Positions 7,553 through 17,408 of a stretch of DNA of 64,000 bases are shown here, one piece after another (position 1 is the stretch's first letter; each line of letters opens with the position of its first letter). The DNA is from Candidatus Omnitrophota bacterium (lineage in GTDB: Bacteria; Omnitrophota; Gorgyraeia; Zapsychrales; JAHFFX01), in NCBI GenBank assembly GCA_023247725.1, contig JAHFFW010000009.1:14424-78423 (forward strand), read 5' to 3'. The translations under genes and the position numbers were made by a program. Below the pieces are notes generated by a model. It was given only the letters and a program-made list of their open reading frames with translations. It was not told the origin of the DNA and made no database searches.

Positions 7553-9208
7553 CTAAAGTTGTGGGCCCGCGGCCACCAGGGCTTGGCCGTGCGGCGTGTC
7601 GGTGAAGACTTTGAAGTTCTCAATGAACATCCCGGCCAGCTTGCGCAGCATTTGGTCGTACGCGTTTTTATCGGTCCAGCTGTCTCTGGGATTTAAGGCT
7701 GTCTGGACTCCCGGAAGGCTTTTGGGAATCCGCAAATTGAAAATCGGGAGATTGCCATATCCATCCTTTTCCAAAGTATTATTGAATATCGCATCAATAA
7801 CGGTCCGATTGTCCTGGATTGCAATCCTTTTGCCAACCCCGTAAGACCCCCCCACCCAACCGGTATTGATCAAATAGACTTTCGTGCGGTGCTCATCCAT
7901 TTTTCGGCCAAGAATTTCGGCATAACGGGTCGGATGCAGAGTCAAAAATGCCTTTCCAAAGCAGGCGGAGAATGTGGCCTTGGGCTCGGTGACGCCGAGC
8001 TCAGTCCCCGCCACCTTTGCCGTGTAACCACTCAAAAAGTGGTACATCGCTTGCTCGCGGGTTAATTCCGCAATGGGCGGAAGAACTCCAAAGGCGTCAC
8101 AGGTTAAAAAGATGACATCCTGAGGATGGCCGCCTTTAGAAACTGGCAAGACAATATTGTCAATGTGGTCAAGAGGGTAAGAAACCCGCGTATTTTCCGT
8201 TTTCTGGCCAGAGGCAAAGTCAACTTTTCCGGATTCATCGACCACGACACTTTCCAGGAGAGAATTAACCTTGATGGCATTGTAAATCTGCGGTTCCTTC
8301 TCCCGGGATAGGTTAATGCATTTAGCGTAACAACCTCCTTCAAAATTGAAAATACCCTCATGATCCCAGCCATGCTCATCATCGCCAATCAGACGGCGTT
8401 TGGGATCGGTTGATAGGGAGGTCTTGCCCGTGCCAGAAAGGCCAAAAAAAAGCGCCGTGTCTCCTTTTTGACCCATATTGGCCGAACAGTGAAATGATCC
8501 AATCCCTTTGAGGGGCAGAAAATAGTTCATGATGGAGAAAATCCCTTTTTTGATTTCGCCTCCATACCAAGTTCCGCCAATGCAGGTCATTCGCTGGGCG
8601 AGGTGAAATGCCACAAAAACTTCCGAGCGCAGCCCATGCTGGGCATAATCAGGACAGATGGCCTTGCAGGCATTGAGGATGGTCCAGTCAGGTTTGAAAT
8701 TTTTTAATTCGCTTTCGCTGGGACGGATAAACATATTTTTAAAGAAGTGCGCCATCCATGCAACCTCGGTCACCAGACGAATCGACAACCGCGTTGCCGG
8801 ATTGGCACCGCAGAAGCCATCCATCACGTAAAGTTTTTTGCCGCTCAATTGATAGACGCAGATTTCTTGCAAATGATTCCACGTGGTTTCACTGATCGGT
8901 TGGTTGTCGGAACCTTCTTTGCGGCCGCTTGCCCACCAGACCGTATCATGACTGGAACGCTCATCGACGATATATTTATCTTTGGGCGAGCGTCCGGTGA
9001 ATTTGCCGGTATCGACCGCCACGGCCCCGAACTCCGTCACTACCCCCCGCTCATAACCGGTGAGGGCGGGATCGGTTTCATGCAGGAAGAGTTCTTCATA
9101 GGAGAGGTTATAAAATATTTCGCTCCAGCCCGTGATACCAATCCTTTTGAGCTCCCCCCCAGGGGAAATGGTCTCCACGACACGATTGCCAAAGATATTG
9201 AGTTTCAT
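7553..9208 (-). CDS. pckA: Phosphoenolpyruvate carboxykinase (ATP)
   Basis: 551 aa. Has the kinase-1a motif [13 protein letters not shown] and conserved PckA blocks (DDEHGW, GGCYAK). Confidence 0.9.
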   Translation of the reverse strand: MKLNIFGNRVVETISPGGELKRIGITGWSEIFYNLSYEELFLHETDPALTGYERGVVTEFGAVAVDTGKFTGRSPKDKYIVDERSSHDTVWWASGRKEGSDNQPISETTWNHLQEICVYQLSGKKLYVMDGFCGANPATRLSIRLVTEVAWMAHFFKNMFIRPSESELKNFKPDWTILNACKAICPDYAQHGLRSEVFVAFHLAQRMTCIGGTWYGGEIKKGIFSIMNYFLPLKGIGSFHCSANMGQKGDTALFFGLSGTGKTSLSTDPKRRLIGDDEHGWDHEGIFNFEGGCYAKCINLSREKEPQIYNAIKVNSLLESVVVDESGKVDFASGQKTENTRVSYPLDHIDNIVLPVSKGGHPQDVIFLTCDAFGVLPPIAELTREQAMYHFLSGYTAKVAGTELGVTEPKATFSACFGKAFLTLHPTRYAEILGRKMDEHRTKVYLINTGWVGGSYGVGKRIAIQDNRTVIDAIFNNTLEKDGYGNLPIFNLRIPKSLPGVQTALNPRDSWTDKNAYDQMLRKLAGMFIENFKVFTDTPHGQALVAAGPQL

Positions 9209-9243
9209 CGAATACTCTCCTTTTGAGGGATAGGGCTACCTTA

Positions 9244-10938
9244 TCAGGAATAAATACTAACCCGATTACGGCCTTCTTTCTTGGATTGGTACAGCGCCCG
9301 ATCGGCCTTGAGGATGAGCTCATGCCGGTCCATCTGCTCGCTATAGGCGGCGATGCCGATGCTGAGCGTGATCGGTCTTTTTAACTGCAATTGTTCCACC
9401 GCATGAAGGAATTTTTTGGCGACGACTTCCGCCTTATGGATCCGAGTTTCCACCAGAATGACCGCAAATTCGTCTCCTCCATAACGACAGGCCACATCGA
9501 TTTCACGCAGATTTTTGCTGATGGTCCGGCTGACTTCTCTTAATAACTGATCCCCTTCGAGATGACCGTAGGTGTCGTTATAAGTTTTGAAATTGTCAAT
9601 ATCGATCATCATCAAGCACAACGGCGCCGGGTAACGCTTCAAGCGTTTGATTTCCTGGTCGAGGGTCTTGGCGAAATGCCGGTGGTTATACAAACCCGTC
9701 AATGGATCGGTAATGGACAGATATTTGAGCTCGCGGTAGAGATTGGCATTTTCAATGGCCACCGCCGCCTGGCGAATGATGGCGGACAAAACCCGCAGGT
9801 CCGTGGAGGTGAAGATTTCATTCTTGTTGCGTCCTTTATCCGCGACGTTCACCACCCCAATCACCTTTTTTTCCAGCTTGATGGGCACGCTCAAAAAGGA
9901 TTTACCATGATAGGCTGGGCGGTTCTTACGCGGTAAGGGGCTTTCCTTATCAATATCCGTCACCAGCATCGGTTCACCATACATGGCCACCAGACCCGAG
10001 ATCTGCTCCCCCAATTTGATCCGTGTATCATGGATAATATCATCACTCAAGCCCTTCGCCCCTTTGATGAGAAGCTCATTGCGTTCCTTGTCGATGAGCA
10101 TTAAGGAGCAGCGGTTAGCATCAATGATTTCCACGGACTTGTTCACTACAAAATCCACGAGCTCCTCCAGTTTCAGGATGGAACTGATCTCCTCATGCAG
10201 GCTCAGGATATGCTCGAGCTTGAGCTTCTCAATGCGCATCTGCTCCTGATGACGCTTTTTCTCCGTAATATCGCGCACGATCCCTTCCATCCCCAGAAAA
10301 TTTCCCTCTGGTCCAAGGATCGCTCGAACGGTTTCGGCCAAAGTGATGATCTTTTCATCCTTGCGCACGAATTTGATTTCATAATCGATGAGCGAACCTT
10401 TTTCTTTCAAGTCAGACACGAGATTGGCATGCTCTTGCGGATTCATCTGCAATTCCTGATGCAGATTGGTGCCGATCAATTCCTTGGGCTCTTCATAGCC
10501 AAGCATCCGGGCAAAGGCGCCGTTGGCATAGGTGATGATCCCATGGGCATCCGTCATATAAATCCCAGCGGGCATCGATTCGACGAATTGAAAGAAACGC
10601 TGTTCCGGCCCGGGGCCGGAGGTGGGTGAAGGAGGCGTCATAGAAGTCATGGATTTTGTTTTTGCGGTTAAACCGGCCGAGGGTAACGTGTCATGTTCAT
10701 GAAATGGTAATAGGCGGTTGCGCGCGCTGGAATCACCCTCCGGCGTCAGGGACACCACCAATTGATCCTTATTCGTATCAACCTGCACATATTTTTCGCG
10801 CACCAGCCATCCGATGCACACATGGATATCATCGATCGGCTCTTGCAAAATATCGGCCAGATCCTTGGCCGTTAAAGATTTTCCGTCCTGCTCCAGGACC
10901 GCCAGAATCTGTCCGGAGATAATCCCAATCTTGATCAT
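9244..10938 (-). CDS. Diguanylate cyclase (PAS-GAF-GGDEF)
   Basis: PAS-like region (PAGIYMTDAHGIITYANGAFARMLGY), a GAF-like middle region, and a C-terminal GGDEF with RYGGDEFAVIL. Confidence 0.8.
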   Translation of the reverse strand: MIKIGIISGQILAVLEQDGKSLTAKDLADILQEPIDDIHVCIGWLVREKYVQVDTNKDQLVVSLTPEGDSSARNRLLPFHEHDTLPSAGLTAKTKSMTSMTPPSPTSGPGPEQRFFQFVESMPAGIYMTDAHGIITYANGAFARMLGYEEPKELIGTNLHQELQMNPQEHANLVSDLKEKGSLIDYEIKFVRKDEKIITLAETVRAILGPEGNFLGMEGIVRDITEKKRHQEQMRIEKLKLEHILSLHEEISSILKLEELVDFVVNKSVEIIDANRCSLMLIDKERNELLIKGAKGLSDDIIHDTRIKLGEQISGLVAMYGEPMLVTDIDKESPLPRKNRPAYHGKSFLSVPIKLEKKVIGVVNVADKGRNKNEIFTSTDLRVLSAIIRQAAVAIENANLYRELKYLSITDPLTGLYNHRHFAKTLDQEIKRLKRYPAPLCLMMIDIDNFKTYNDTYGHLEGDQLLREVSRTISKNLREIDVACRYGGDEFAVILVETRIHKAEVVAKKFLHAVEQLQLKRPITLSIGIAAYSEQMDRHELILKADRALYQSKKEGRNRVSIYS

Positions 10939-11537
10939 AGGAAAGCCTTCTTTTCTTCCTTTTTTTGCCGAGGGACAGGCCCCATCGAAACTTCCATTAC
11001 CACGCGTTTCTCGTTCCTGATGAAGAAGCTGATTTCATACTTTTCCAGCAATTTGAAATAAAAGGGCACTCCCATGAGCGCGCTGTTGCGATAGCTGGAG
11101 AAGTGCGACATTTCCATTTCGCAGTAACCCATTAAGGAGAGATCCGAACGAAACTGACCGCTGATCAAATTGCAAAGAGCACCGCAGGCATCTTTGAGCT
11201 GTTCCTCGTCATCCTCATCGATTTCCGGATATTGCAGAAGCTTGATCAACCGGGCCATATATTCCTGCTCGACATACAAACAGATGACGCCGAAGGTCTG
11301 GTGATGTTCCATCTCCTTTTTATTGAGATAAAAATTCACCGAGGCGATATAGGTTGGAGTGGGGAATTTCTCCATGCCAAAAATCCGCATCCGGCGCATG
11401 AATTCAATGATCGGCTTTTTCTCCAGGATAGGTTTGGCGGTAAGCTTCAGACCCTGCTTTTCAAAAACCTTTCGAACCGCACCCGCCAGAAGGATCGCCA
11501 TAATGCGCAAATGATCTTCTTTATCCCGTCGGGCCAA
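10935..11537 (-). CDS. CheC/CheX-like domain protein (putative, degenerate)
   Basis: 200 aa, ATGA-coupled to the GGDEF gene and downstream of the CheY-like receiver. CNLISG resembles the CheC/CheX ..N(I/L)I.G motif, but the catalytic Glu is not evident. Confidence 0.3.
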   Translation of the reverse strand: MARRDKEDHLRIMAILLAGAVRKVFEKQGLKLTAKPILEKKPIIEFMRRMRIFGMEKFPTPTYIASVNFYLNKKEMEHHQTFGVICLYVEQEYMARLIKLLQYPEIDEDDEEQLKDACGALCNLISGQFRSDLSLMGYCEMEMSHFSSYRNSALMGVPFYFKLLEKYEISFFIRNEKRVVMEVSMGPVPRQKKEEKKAFL

Positions 11538-11563
11538 TGAAAACCTCTTATTTCGGTCGGGGG

Positions 11564-11944
11564 TTACTTCACATGCGGACGAATGACGCTCAACAAATCC
11601 TCGGGTTTATAGGGCTTAACGACATAACCGGCGAGGTTGGGATTGGTGTCTCGGGCCTTCTTTTTGTTTTCTTCTGAACCGGACGCCGAAACCATCACAA
11701 TGGGAATCGTGGCAACCTGGGGAACCTTGACCACCCCTTCCATAAATTCAATGCCGGACATGACCGGCATCTGCCAATCCAAAAGGATCAAACAGATATC
11801 TTTATAATTGGAGGCTAGAATCTGTAGGGCCACCTCCCCGTTCTCCGCCTGCAAAACTTCATTTTCAATCCCATTTTTCTTAATTAGACTCGAAAGCAGT
11901 TTCCGTTCAAGGTTGGAATCATCCACAATCAAAATCTTCATCAT
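11564..11944 (-). CDS. Single-domain response regulator (CheY-like receiver)
   Basis: 126 aa, starts KILIVDDS, has the phospho-acceptor region LILLDWQMP and a conserved Lys. Confidence 0.8.
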   Translation of the reverse strand: MMKILIVDDSNLERKLLSSLIKKNGIENEVLQAENGEVALQILASNYKDICLILLDWQMPVMSGIEFMEGVVKVPQVATIPIVMVSASGSEENKKKARDTNPNLAGYVVKPYKPEDLLSVIRPHVK

Positions 11945-12095
11945 ACCAATCTATTCAGCTTCGCAAAACCAATAGAACTTTCCAGTATTACGATAAGATT
12001 TCCTTGAATCGGGTCCTGACTTTCGCCAACAATAATACCATACGTTGTGACAAATTTCCCTTTTCTTTTAGGCCGTTCCCACTCAAAAAAAATCG

Positions 12096-13487
12096 TTAAA
12101 GGGCCGTACGGATGAAAAAAAATTTTTTCTCTCCGGCTTTTAAAATAACCGTTCCTAAATCAACCTGCTCAATCGTTTCTCTGTTGGAATTCAGGTTGTC
12201 CACACGGAGCTTGTACTCTCCGGGATTGAGGATCAGCCGGGCGAGGCGGATTTCGTCGGGCAATGTCTGCCAACTGCGCAGGTCTGCTTGCTCGGAAAAC
12301 AGATTGTAAAGGCTCGCGGCGCTCCGATACCAAGGAATCGATGGATCACCCCAGCTCTCTTGTGCTTTTCGTTCTAGCCCTCGTTCCGCTAAGTATTTGC
12401 CCGTCGGTCGTAAGGCCGCCTTGACGAAAACCCGGATCCGCCGATTTTCCAGATTCTTCACAGCAATGGCGCCTAAGGGCTCGGCGAGTTCTGATTCTTC
12501 CTGGCTTTCCCTACGCTGTCTGTCAACGGCGATGAACCGGCTGCTTTTGGTGTCGTAGCTTCGTTCACTATAATGGGGGAAGGCAACCTTATTCATGTAC
12601 CCGCCGGGTAAGGGAAAAGGGAAAGACGTTTGCACCTTGATGGGCGCCAAGCCGTTGTACTGGATCAAATACACCTCTGCTTTTTGAGCCTTCTCTTTTA
12701 AAGGAATGAACCCCGCCTGCGGGAACTGTTTGCGATATGGCGCAAAGTCTGCTTCCCCCATCCATTGGGCGGTCGATAAAAGATTTTCCTGTAAAAAGCG
12801 GGGAACCGCCGTCCGGTACGTAGGCTCATAATCCCCGGCATAAATTTGGGCCGCCTTCTGGTACGAGATCAATGCATTATTGATATCTTCCGCGGTTCCC
12901 GAGGCTTCATAAAGAATGCCCATGAGAAAACGGACGAACGCATCCTCGCGGTAGACATTTTTTTGCTGCGGCGGATACAGACTATTGATGACATTGAGTT
13001 TGGAATCCACATCCCGGGCTTCCACTAAGGCTTCCCCAATCTGTCCCAGGCCAACATAATTCAAGGCCTGGAACACATTGACAAGGACATGCTCGAAATC
13101 TTCGCCTTGATAAGGCGCCGTGTAATCATTGTAGATCCACGATCCCGCGATCCGGGTCAACGACTTGGTGTAAAGCGCATCGATCTTTCGCTGCGCCTGA
13201 GCCAGGGTCTCGATACTTTCGGGATAATGTTTGGCCAAATGCAAAATAAGCCCCTTATCCAAAAGGAAAAGGAGCTCATTATTGGGCCCGTATGCGTGCG
13301 GCTGGCTATTGAGAACCTTGAGGGCTTTTTCCAAACGATTCGCGACGACCAGGCCATTGACTTGCGGTTGGATACTGGGCGCGTTCAGACTGCAGGAAAT
13401 TCCCGTCAAAACGAAAACACCCATGAGAATGAAGAAAGCGACAAAGAGGGCAGATAAGGACCTTGCCAAGCAAACCGTATGCATCAT
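12096..13487 (-). CDS. Putative lipoprotein (LpoB-associated), hypothetical
   Basis: 463 aa. Signal and lipobox-like N-terminus (..LTGISC). It sits immediately upstream of the LpoB-like gene. Confidence 0.35.
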   Translation of the reverse strand: MMHTVCLARSLSALFVAFFILMGVFVLTGISCSLNAPSIQPQVNGLVVANRLEKALKVLNSQPHAYGPNNELLFLLDKGLILHLAKHYPESIETLAQAQRKIDALYTKSLTRIAGSWIYNDYTAPYQGEDFEHVLVNVFQALNYVGLGQIGEALVEARDVDSKLNVINSLYPPQQKNVYREDAFVRFLMGILYEASGTAEDINNALISYQKAAQIYAGDYEPTYRTAVPRFLQENLLSTAQWMGEADFAPYRKQFPQAGFIPLKEKAQKAEVYLIQYNGLAPIKVQTSFPFPLPGGYMNKVAFPHYSERSYDTKSSRFIAVDRQRRESQEESELAEPLGAIAVKNLENRRIRVFVKAALRPTGKYLAERGLERKAQESWGDPSIPWYRSAASLYNLFSEQADLRSWQTLPDEIRLARLILNPGEYKLRVDNLNSNRETIEQVDLGTVILKAGEKKFFFIRTAL

Positions 13488-13496
13488 TCGCCTGTC

Positions 13497-14102
13497 TTAG
13501 AGAGAATACCTGCTTTTTTCGACGACCTTCTTGATCTTTTTTTCTCCAATCCAGACTTTTTGATTGGTACTCAGATCCACCAACTCCAGATTGACCTGAT
13601 ACAGGATCACATATTTGCCTTTGATCTCATCCTTGACCGAATGGATGCTGCCCTGAAGCATAAAATCGGCGCCCAGCTCCTTGCCTTTGGCCTTGATGGT
13701 TTCTCGATCGGTAAAGCCGCCGGTATTCTGGTCCTCGCGCTCCTCGCGGATCTCGGCCCGCTCCTGGCTCGAGGCCACGAACTTCACCTTGTCCGAATTC
13801 AACAAATTCATCTCCAGATCCTTGATGAACAAAGGTGCATCGATATGTTCGTGGCTGCGGTTATTGATCGTGCCGACGATCACGATGGGATCCTTTTTGT
13901 ACTGCTCGTTAAAATGATTGACCCAGGGCCGGCCCAAACAATCCTTGATCATCTCTTCGGCGACCAGCCGTGAATCCGTATCGTTCCAGCGACCGGAAAG
14001 ATCAATGGGCTTTTCAATTTCAGTGCGGATGACTTTGGGCCCACAACTTGCGAGCGCTGTGGCCAGGATGGCGACCGCTAAAACTCTGTAAGGGATTCTC
14101 AT
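13497..14102 (-). CDS. lpoB: Penicillin-binding protein activator LpoB-like lipoprotein
   Basis: 201 aa. Lipobox ALASC. The conserved LpoB core is GTINNRSHEHIDAPLFIKDLEMNLLNS ... KVWIGEKKIKK. Confidence 0.6.
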   Translation of the reverse strand: MRIPYRVLAVAILATALASCGPKVIRTEIEKPIDLSGRWNDTDSRLVAEEMIKDCLGRPWVNHFNEQYKKDPIVIVGTINNRSHEHIDAPLFIKDLEMNLLNSDKVKFVASSQERAEIREEREDQNTGGFTDRETIKAKGKELGADFMLQGSIHSVKDEIKGKYVILYQVNLELVDLSTNQKVWIGEKKIKKVVEKSRYSL

Positions 14103-14124
14103 TGCCTTCTCCTTTTTTGTTCAC

Positions 14125-14412
14125 TTAAGAAAATTCTGATCCGGCGCGCGTCAACTCCATTTTCCGACGGATCAAAACCAAATTACGGGCATAAACAACC
14201 AACCCCGAGGCCTGGCCAATGGTGAACACAAGGTCCCGACGAATGATCGCATAAACGAGCAAGATTGTCCCACCCAGGAGACTCAGATACCAGAAAACCA
14301 GCGGAACGTAACTTTCTTTTTTTTTCTCCGAGCAGATCCATTGGACGATGAAGCGCAATGAAAAAATGAGCTGGCCCACCAAACCAAACAGCAACCAGAT
14401 GTCGCACTTCAT
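14125..14412 (-). CDS. Lipid-A-disaccharide synthase N-terminal domain (LAB_N) small membrane protein
   Basis: 95 aa. Matches the LAB_N pattern W..G..GQ.IF..RF.VQW..SEKKKES..P..FWY.SL.G..LLL.YA..R.D.VF..GQ..G...Y.RNL. Confidence 0.6.
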   Translation of the reverse strand: MKCDIWLLFGLVGQLIFSLRFIVQWICSEKKKESYVPLVFWYLSLLGGTILLVYAIIRRDLVFTIGQASGLVVYARNLVLIRRKMELTRAGSEFS

Positions 14413-15101
14413 ACGCCTTTATCCAATTCGGACAATATCTTAAAAAAATGCAGAACGACTTGCGGGATTCGGCGATGCCGATATTTGGAGGTCCCGTAAA
14501 ACCTTTTGCGGTGATTTGAAACGACCTCGGCAATCTTGTAACCCCGCCGGAACAAAATGAGCGGAATGAATCGATGCTGGCCATCCCAGGTTAAACTGAC
14601 ATCGTTGAGGCATTCCCTTTTATAGATACGCAACGTGCAAGACAGATCGTGGACGGGCACGCCGGTCATCTGGCGCTGCAGGATATTCGCCAGCTGCGAA
14701 AAAGTTCTCTTTAGGGGTTCATCCATGCGCACGCGTCTCCAGCCGCAGACGACATCATAGCCTTCTTCCATTTTCTCTAAAAGCCGAGGAATATCCGCCG
14801 GATCATTCTGCAGGTCCGCATCGAGCGTCATGGCAATCTTACCCCGAATCCGACTTAATCCTTCTTTAAGGGCAAAGGTCTGTCCCCGACGTTGAGCCAG
14901 CCGGATGACCTGGACCTCTTGGGGAAAGGAATTTTGCAGATCGGCGAGAAATTCCAACGAGCGGTCGCTGGACCCGTCATCAACGAAGATGACCTCATAG
15001 GACTGGGTGAGTTTTTCCATCTCCCTTTTAAGCTCATTCCATAATATCGGAAGCGACTCCGCTTCATTATGGACGGGAACCACAATGGAATAGTCCGCCA
15101 T
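14409..15101 (-). CDS. GT2 polyprenyl-phosphate glycosyltransferase (ArnC/DPM1-like)
   Basis: 230 aa. Starts SIVVPVHNE, has VIFVDDGSSD and DADLQNDP. Confidence 0.75.
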   Translation of the reverse strand: MADYSIVVPVHNEAESLPILWNELKREMEKLTQSYEVIFVDDGSSDRSLEFLADLQNSFPQEVQVIRLAQRRGQTFALKEGLSRIRGKIAMTLDADLQNDPADIPRLLEKMEEGYDVVCGWRRVRMDEPLKRTFSQLANILQRQMTGVPVHDLSCTLRIYKRECLNDVSLTWDGQHRFIPLILFRRGYKIAEVVSNHRKRFYGTSKYRHRRIPQVVLHFFKILSELDKGV

Positions 15102-15103
15102 GA

Positions 15104-16873
15104 TTATTCTTTTCTCAACAAGACGATCTCTTCGAGCAGATACTTTTGAACCTGGGACCGGTTAAGGGTCAGGATGGCCCAGAGCAGATCGCGATCCACG
15201 GGAATCCTTCTCCTGCAAATGAGTCCGCGTTGAATGATATCAATTTTAGCAGGCCCGAGGGATTTTTGGAAAATATCATAATCTTTACGTAGCATCAGGC
15301 AATAGACCGTTTGGTTCATTTTAAAAAGATTTTGCAAACCTGTCCGTGTGACAACGGCCTCCTGCGTGGCAACCTGACGGACCGGCTCGGAAAAATAAAC
15401 CTGCAATTCCTTTTCATGAATATCGGGATCACCAACCGCGATGATCTTCTCTGGATACGGTTCAGCCTTAATCGTCATTGCCATTGCCTGCAAAACGGAA
15501 TGGGAGGTAAGGCCTGCCTGCGAGATCATTCCCGAGTTGAAAAAAACGAAAATAAGGAAACCACCTAAAATTGACGGAGCCAACAAGGAATTGTCAGAAA
15601 CCGTGATGACGATCAAAGCGCCGATCAATAAAAAAAATGCAACAAAGAGCCATAAAGCACTTGCCCCAGTCAAAAAGATCTGTATAAAAGTCAGACCGAA
15701 TAATCCCAAACCAATAAAACTGATGCATAAAAATTTCCGCAGCGAGGCATTCATGAGATGGCGGAAAGAATGATCGTGGTACTTTTCCAATAAAAAAGCC
15801 GCGACCAGCAGGGCAAAGGGCGTCGAAAGCACGAGCACCAAATGATTGATCCGGGCAAAAATGAGCGAAAAAAATACGAACACAACGGCGAACCATACGA
15901 GTAAAAATAAAAGTCGGGCGCGATCGACCGCTTGCCCGGCGACCATCCGGATGGACCAGGGAATCGCCACGACGGCAAAAATCGACCAAGGGGCAAAATA
16001 GCCAAACATATTGCGCACATAAAACCAGCTGTTGGAGAGAAAGGTTTTCCCCAGCTTGAGGAAAAACGGCTCCGATCCCGCAGCGATCAAACGGTCGACC
16101 GTCTCGGTTTTTATCATGTAATGGGTGTAGATGTCTCCATAAAGCCACATCATGCAAAAAAACCAGGGCAGGATGAGAAGCCCCATCCAAAGAAAACCTG
16201 ACCACAATTGGATTTTCTTTAAATCATCCCATTGGCGGGTCAGCCCACAATAAATGATCAAAGTTAGAATGGGGATAATGATCGCAGCAAAACCCTTCAC
16301 CAGGAAACCTAAAGCGCAGGCTGAAAAGAACATGTACCGAATGGCCCGGCGCGGATTTTCCCAAAAACGAGTCAGTGCATCCATCGCCAGGACAATAAAA
16401 AAATTGAGGGCCATATCCGGAACCACATTCTTGGCATGACGGAAAAATAAAGGAATGGTCACTATGATGAGACAGCCCAGGAAGGCATGCCGCCGATCCA
16501 GCAGACGGCAACCGATGCGATAGGTTAGGACGACACTGCCCGCGGCAAAAAGGACAGCAACAAACCGGGCGCCAAACCAGCTGCAACCAAAAATTTTATA
16601 GGAAGCAAGGACGAACCAGTAAAAAAGAATGGGTTTTTGAAAACGGTATTCGCCAAAATAGGTCGGAAAAAAATAATTGTGACTCTGCGCCATTTCCTGC
16701 GTGCTTTGATAATAAAAGATTTCATCATCGCGGTATTCGACACCATGCTGGTTCAGATGATAGCCGAAAAATAAAATAGACAAAGCAAAAAGCAGAAAAC
16801 AAACCGTTCGTCGATGCATCTTTGCTAAAATAAAGTCAAAGGCCATCGGGATCCTAAAATCTTTTAAAACCAT
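15104..16873 (-). CDS. ArnT/PMT-like (GT39/GT83) membrane glycosyltransferase using undecaprenyl-phosphate sugar
   Basis: 589 aa, polytopic. The N-terminal region (DDEIFYYQ ... RFQKPILFYWFV ... ) is typical of 4-amino-arabinose/mannosyl transferases. It sits in a cluster with GT2 and LAB_N. Confidence 0.6.
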   Translation of the reverse strand: MVLKDFRIPMAFDFILAKMHRRTVCFLLFALSILFFGYHLNQHGVEYRDDEIFYYQSTQEMAQSHNYFFPTYFGEYRFQKPILFYWFVLASYKIFGCSWFGARFVAVLFAAGSVVLTYRIGCRLLDRRHAFLGCLIIVTIPLFFRHAKNVVPDMALNFFIVLAMDALTRFWENPRRAIRYMFFSACALGFLVKGFAAIIIPILTLIIYCGLTRQWDDLKKIQLWSGFLWMGLLILPWFFCMMWLYGDIYTHYMIKTETVDRLIAAGSEPFFLKLGKTFLSNSWFYVRNMFGYFAPWSIFAVVAIPWSIRMVAGQAVDRARLLFLLVWFAVVFVFFSLIFARINHLVLVLSTPFALLVAAFLLEKYHDHSFRHLMNASLRKFLCISFIGLGLFGLTFIQIFLTGASALWLFVAFFLLIGALIVITVSDNSLLAPSILGGFLIFVFFNSGMISQAGLTSHSVLQAMAMTIKAEPYPEKIIAVGDPDIHEKELQVYFSEPVRQVATQEAVVTRTGLQNLFKMNQTVYCLMLRKDYDIFQKSLGPAKIDIIQRGLICRRRIPVDRDLLWAILTLNRSQVQKYLLEEIVLLRKE

Positions 16874-17066
16874 GGACCTCCAATCAGAAAAAGAATTTTA
16901 TTGTCCGTTTTGCGCCAGCCGCAACACGCTGTTCCTGGATCTCACCGCGGGCCGCCGCCAGGAATTCACCGTCGATTGTGAGGTCTGCTGTCACCCGATC
17001 AAGATATCGGTATCCCTCGGCCGCCATCGTTCCATCGAACTTAGGGTTGAGCCGGAAAACGGGTAA
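16872..17066 (+). CDS. CPXCG-motif cysteine-rich small protein (zinc ribbon)
   Basis: 64 aa. CPFCASRNTLFLDLTAGRRQEFTVDCEVCCHPIKISV matches the CPxCG...vDC.vCC.P family pattern. It is the only convincing plus-strand gene. Confidence 0.7.
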   Translation: MDLQSEKEFYCPFCASRNTLFLDLTAGRRQEFTVDCEVCCHPIKISVSLGRHRSIELRVEPENG

Positions 17067-17070
17067 TTTC

Positions 17071-17262
17071 TTAACGACACTTGCCCCAAAAATAGCCGAC
17101 GCTCAAACCTAAGAAAAGAATCAATAGCTGCAGGATAATCAAAGACATGCTGAGGTTCCAAAATAAAATATGGAACGTGACCACATGGGTGTTCTGCAAC
17201 AAAATGATTAAAAAAATTCCCCCAACGACGAAAAGAATGATCTCTTTAGTTTTTTTATTCAT
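17071..17262 (-). CDS. LapA-like (DUF1049) small inner-membrane protein
   Basis: MNKKTKEIILFVVGGIFLIILLQNTHVVTFHILFWNLSMSLIILQLLILFLGLSVGYFWG matches LapA topology and motif. The track ORF's extension to 17379 reads through a long hairpin and is rejected. Confidence 0.5.
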   Translation of the reverse strand: MNKKTKEIILFVVGGIFLIILLQNTHVVTFHILFWNLSMSLIILQLLILFLGLSVGYFWGKCR

Positions 17263-17305
17263 TAAGATTAAAACCCATCTCATCAACACCATTTTTGTCG
17301 TCATT

Positions 17306-17372
17306 GCGAGCCCGAAGGCCGAAGCAATCGCAGACATCGGCGAATGCGATTGCTTCGGCTGCCTTCGGCTCC
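17306..17372. repeat. Long imperfect palindrome (about 25-bp stem, 12-nt loop), REP-like intergenic hairpin
   Basis: gagcccgaaggccgaagcaatcgca ... tgcgattgcttcggctgccttcggctc. It is downstream of the TamB-like gene. There is no U-tract on either side. Confidence 0.45.
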
Positions 17373-17408
17373 CTCCCAATGACCAAGCGCCTATTGATGA
17401 GACAAGTT

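Noticed and set aside
15594-16205. 203-aa and other internal ORFs inside the ArnT-like gene
   Set aside because: They are alternative-frame ORFs within a polytopic membrane protein gene, with Cys/Arg-rich nonsense composition.
17263-17379. N-terminal 39 codons of the 102-aa track ORF
   Set aside because: It translates through a long palindromic hairpin. The LapA-like domain begins at MNKKTKE.
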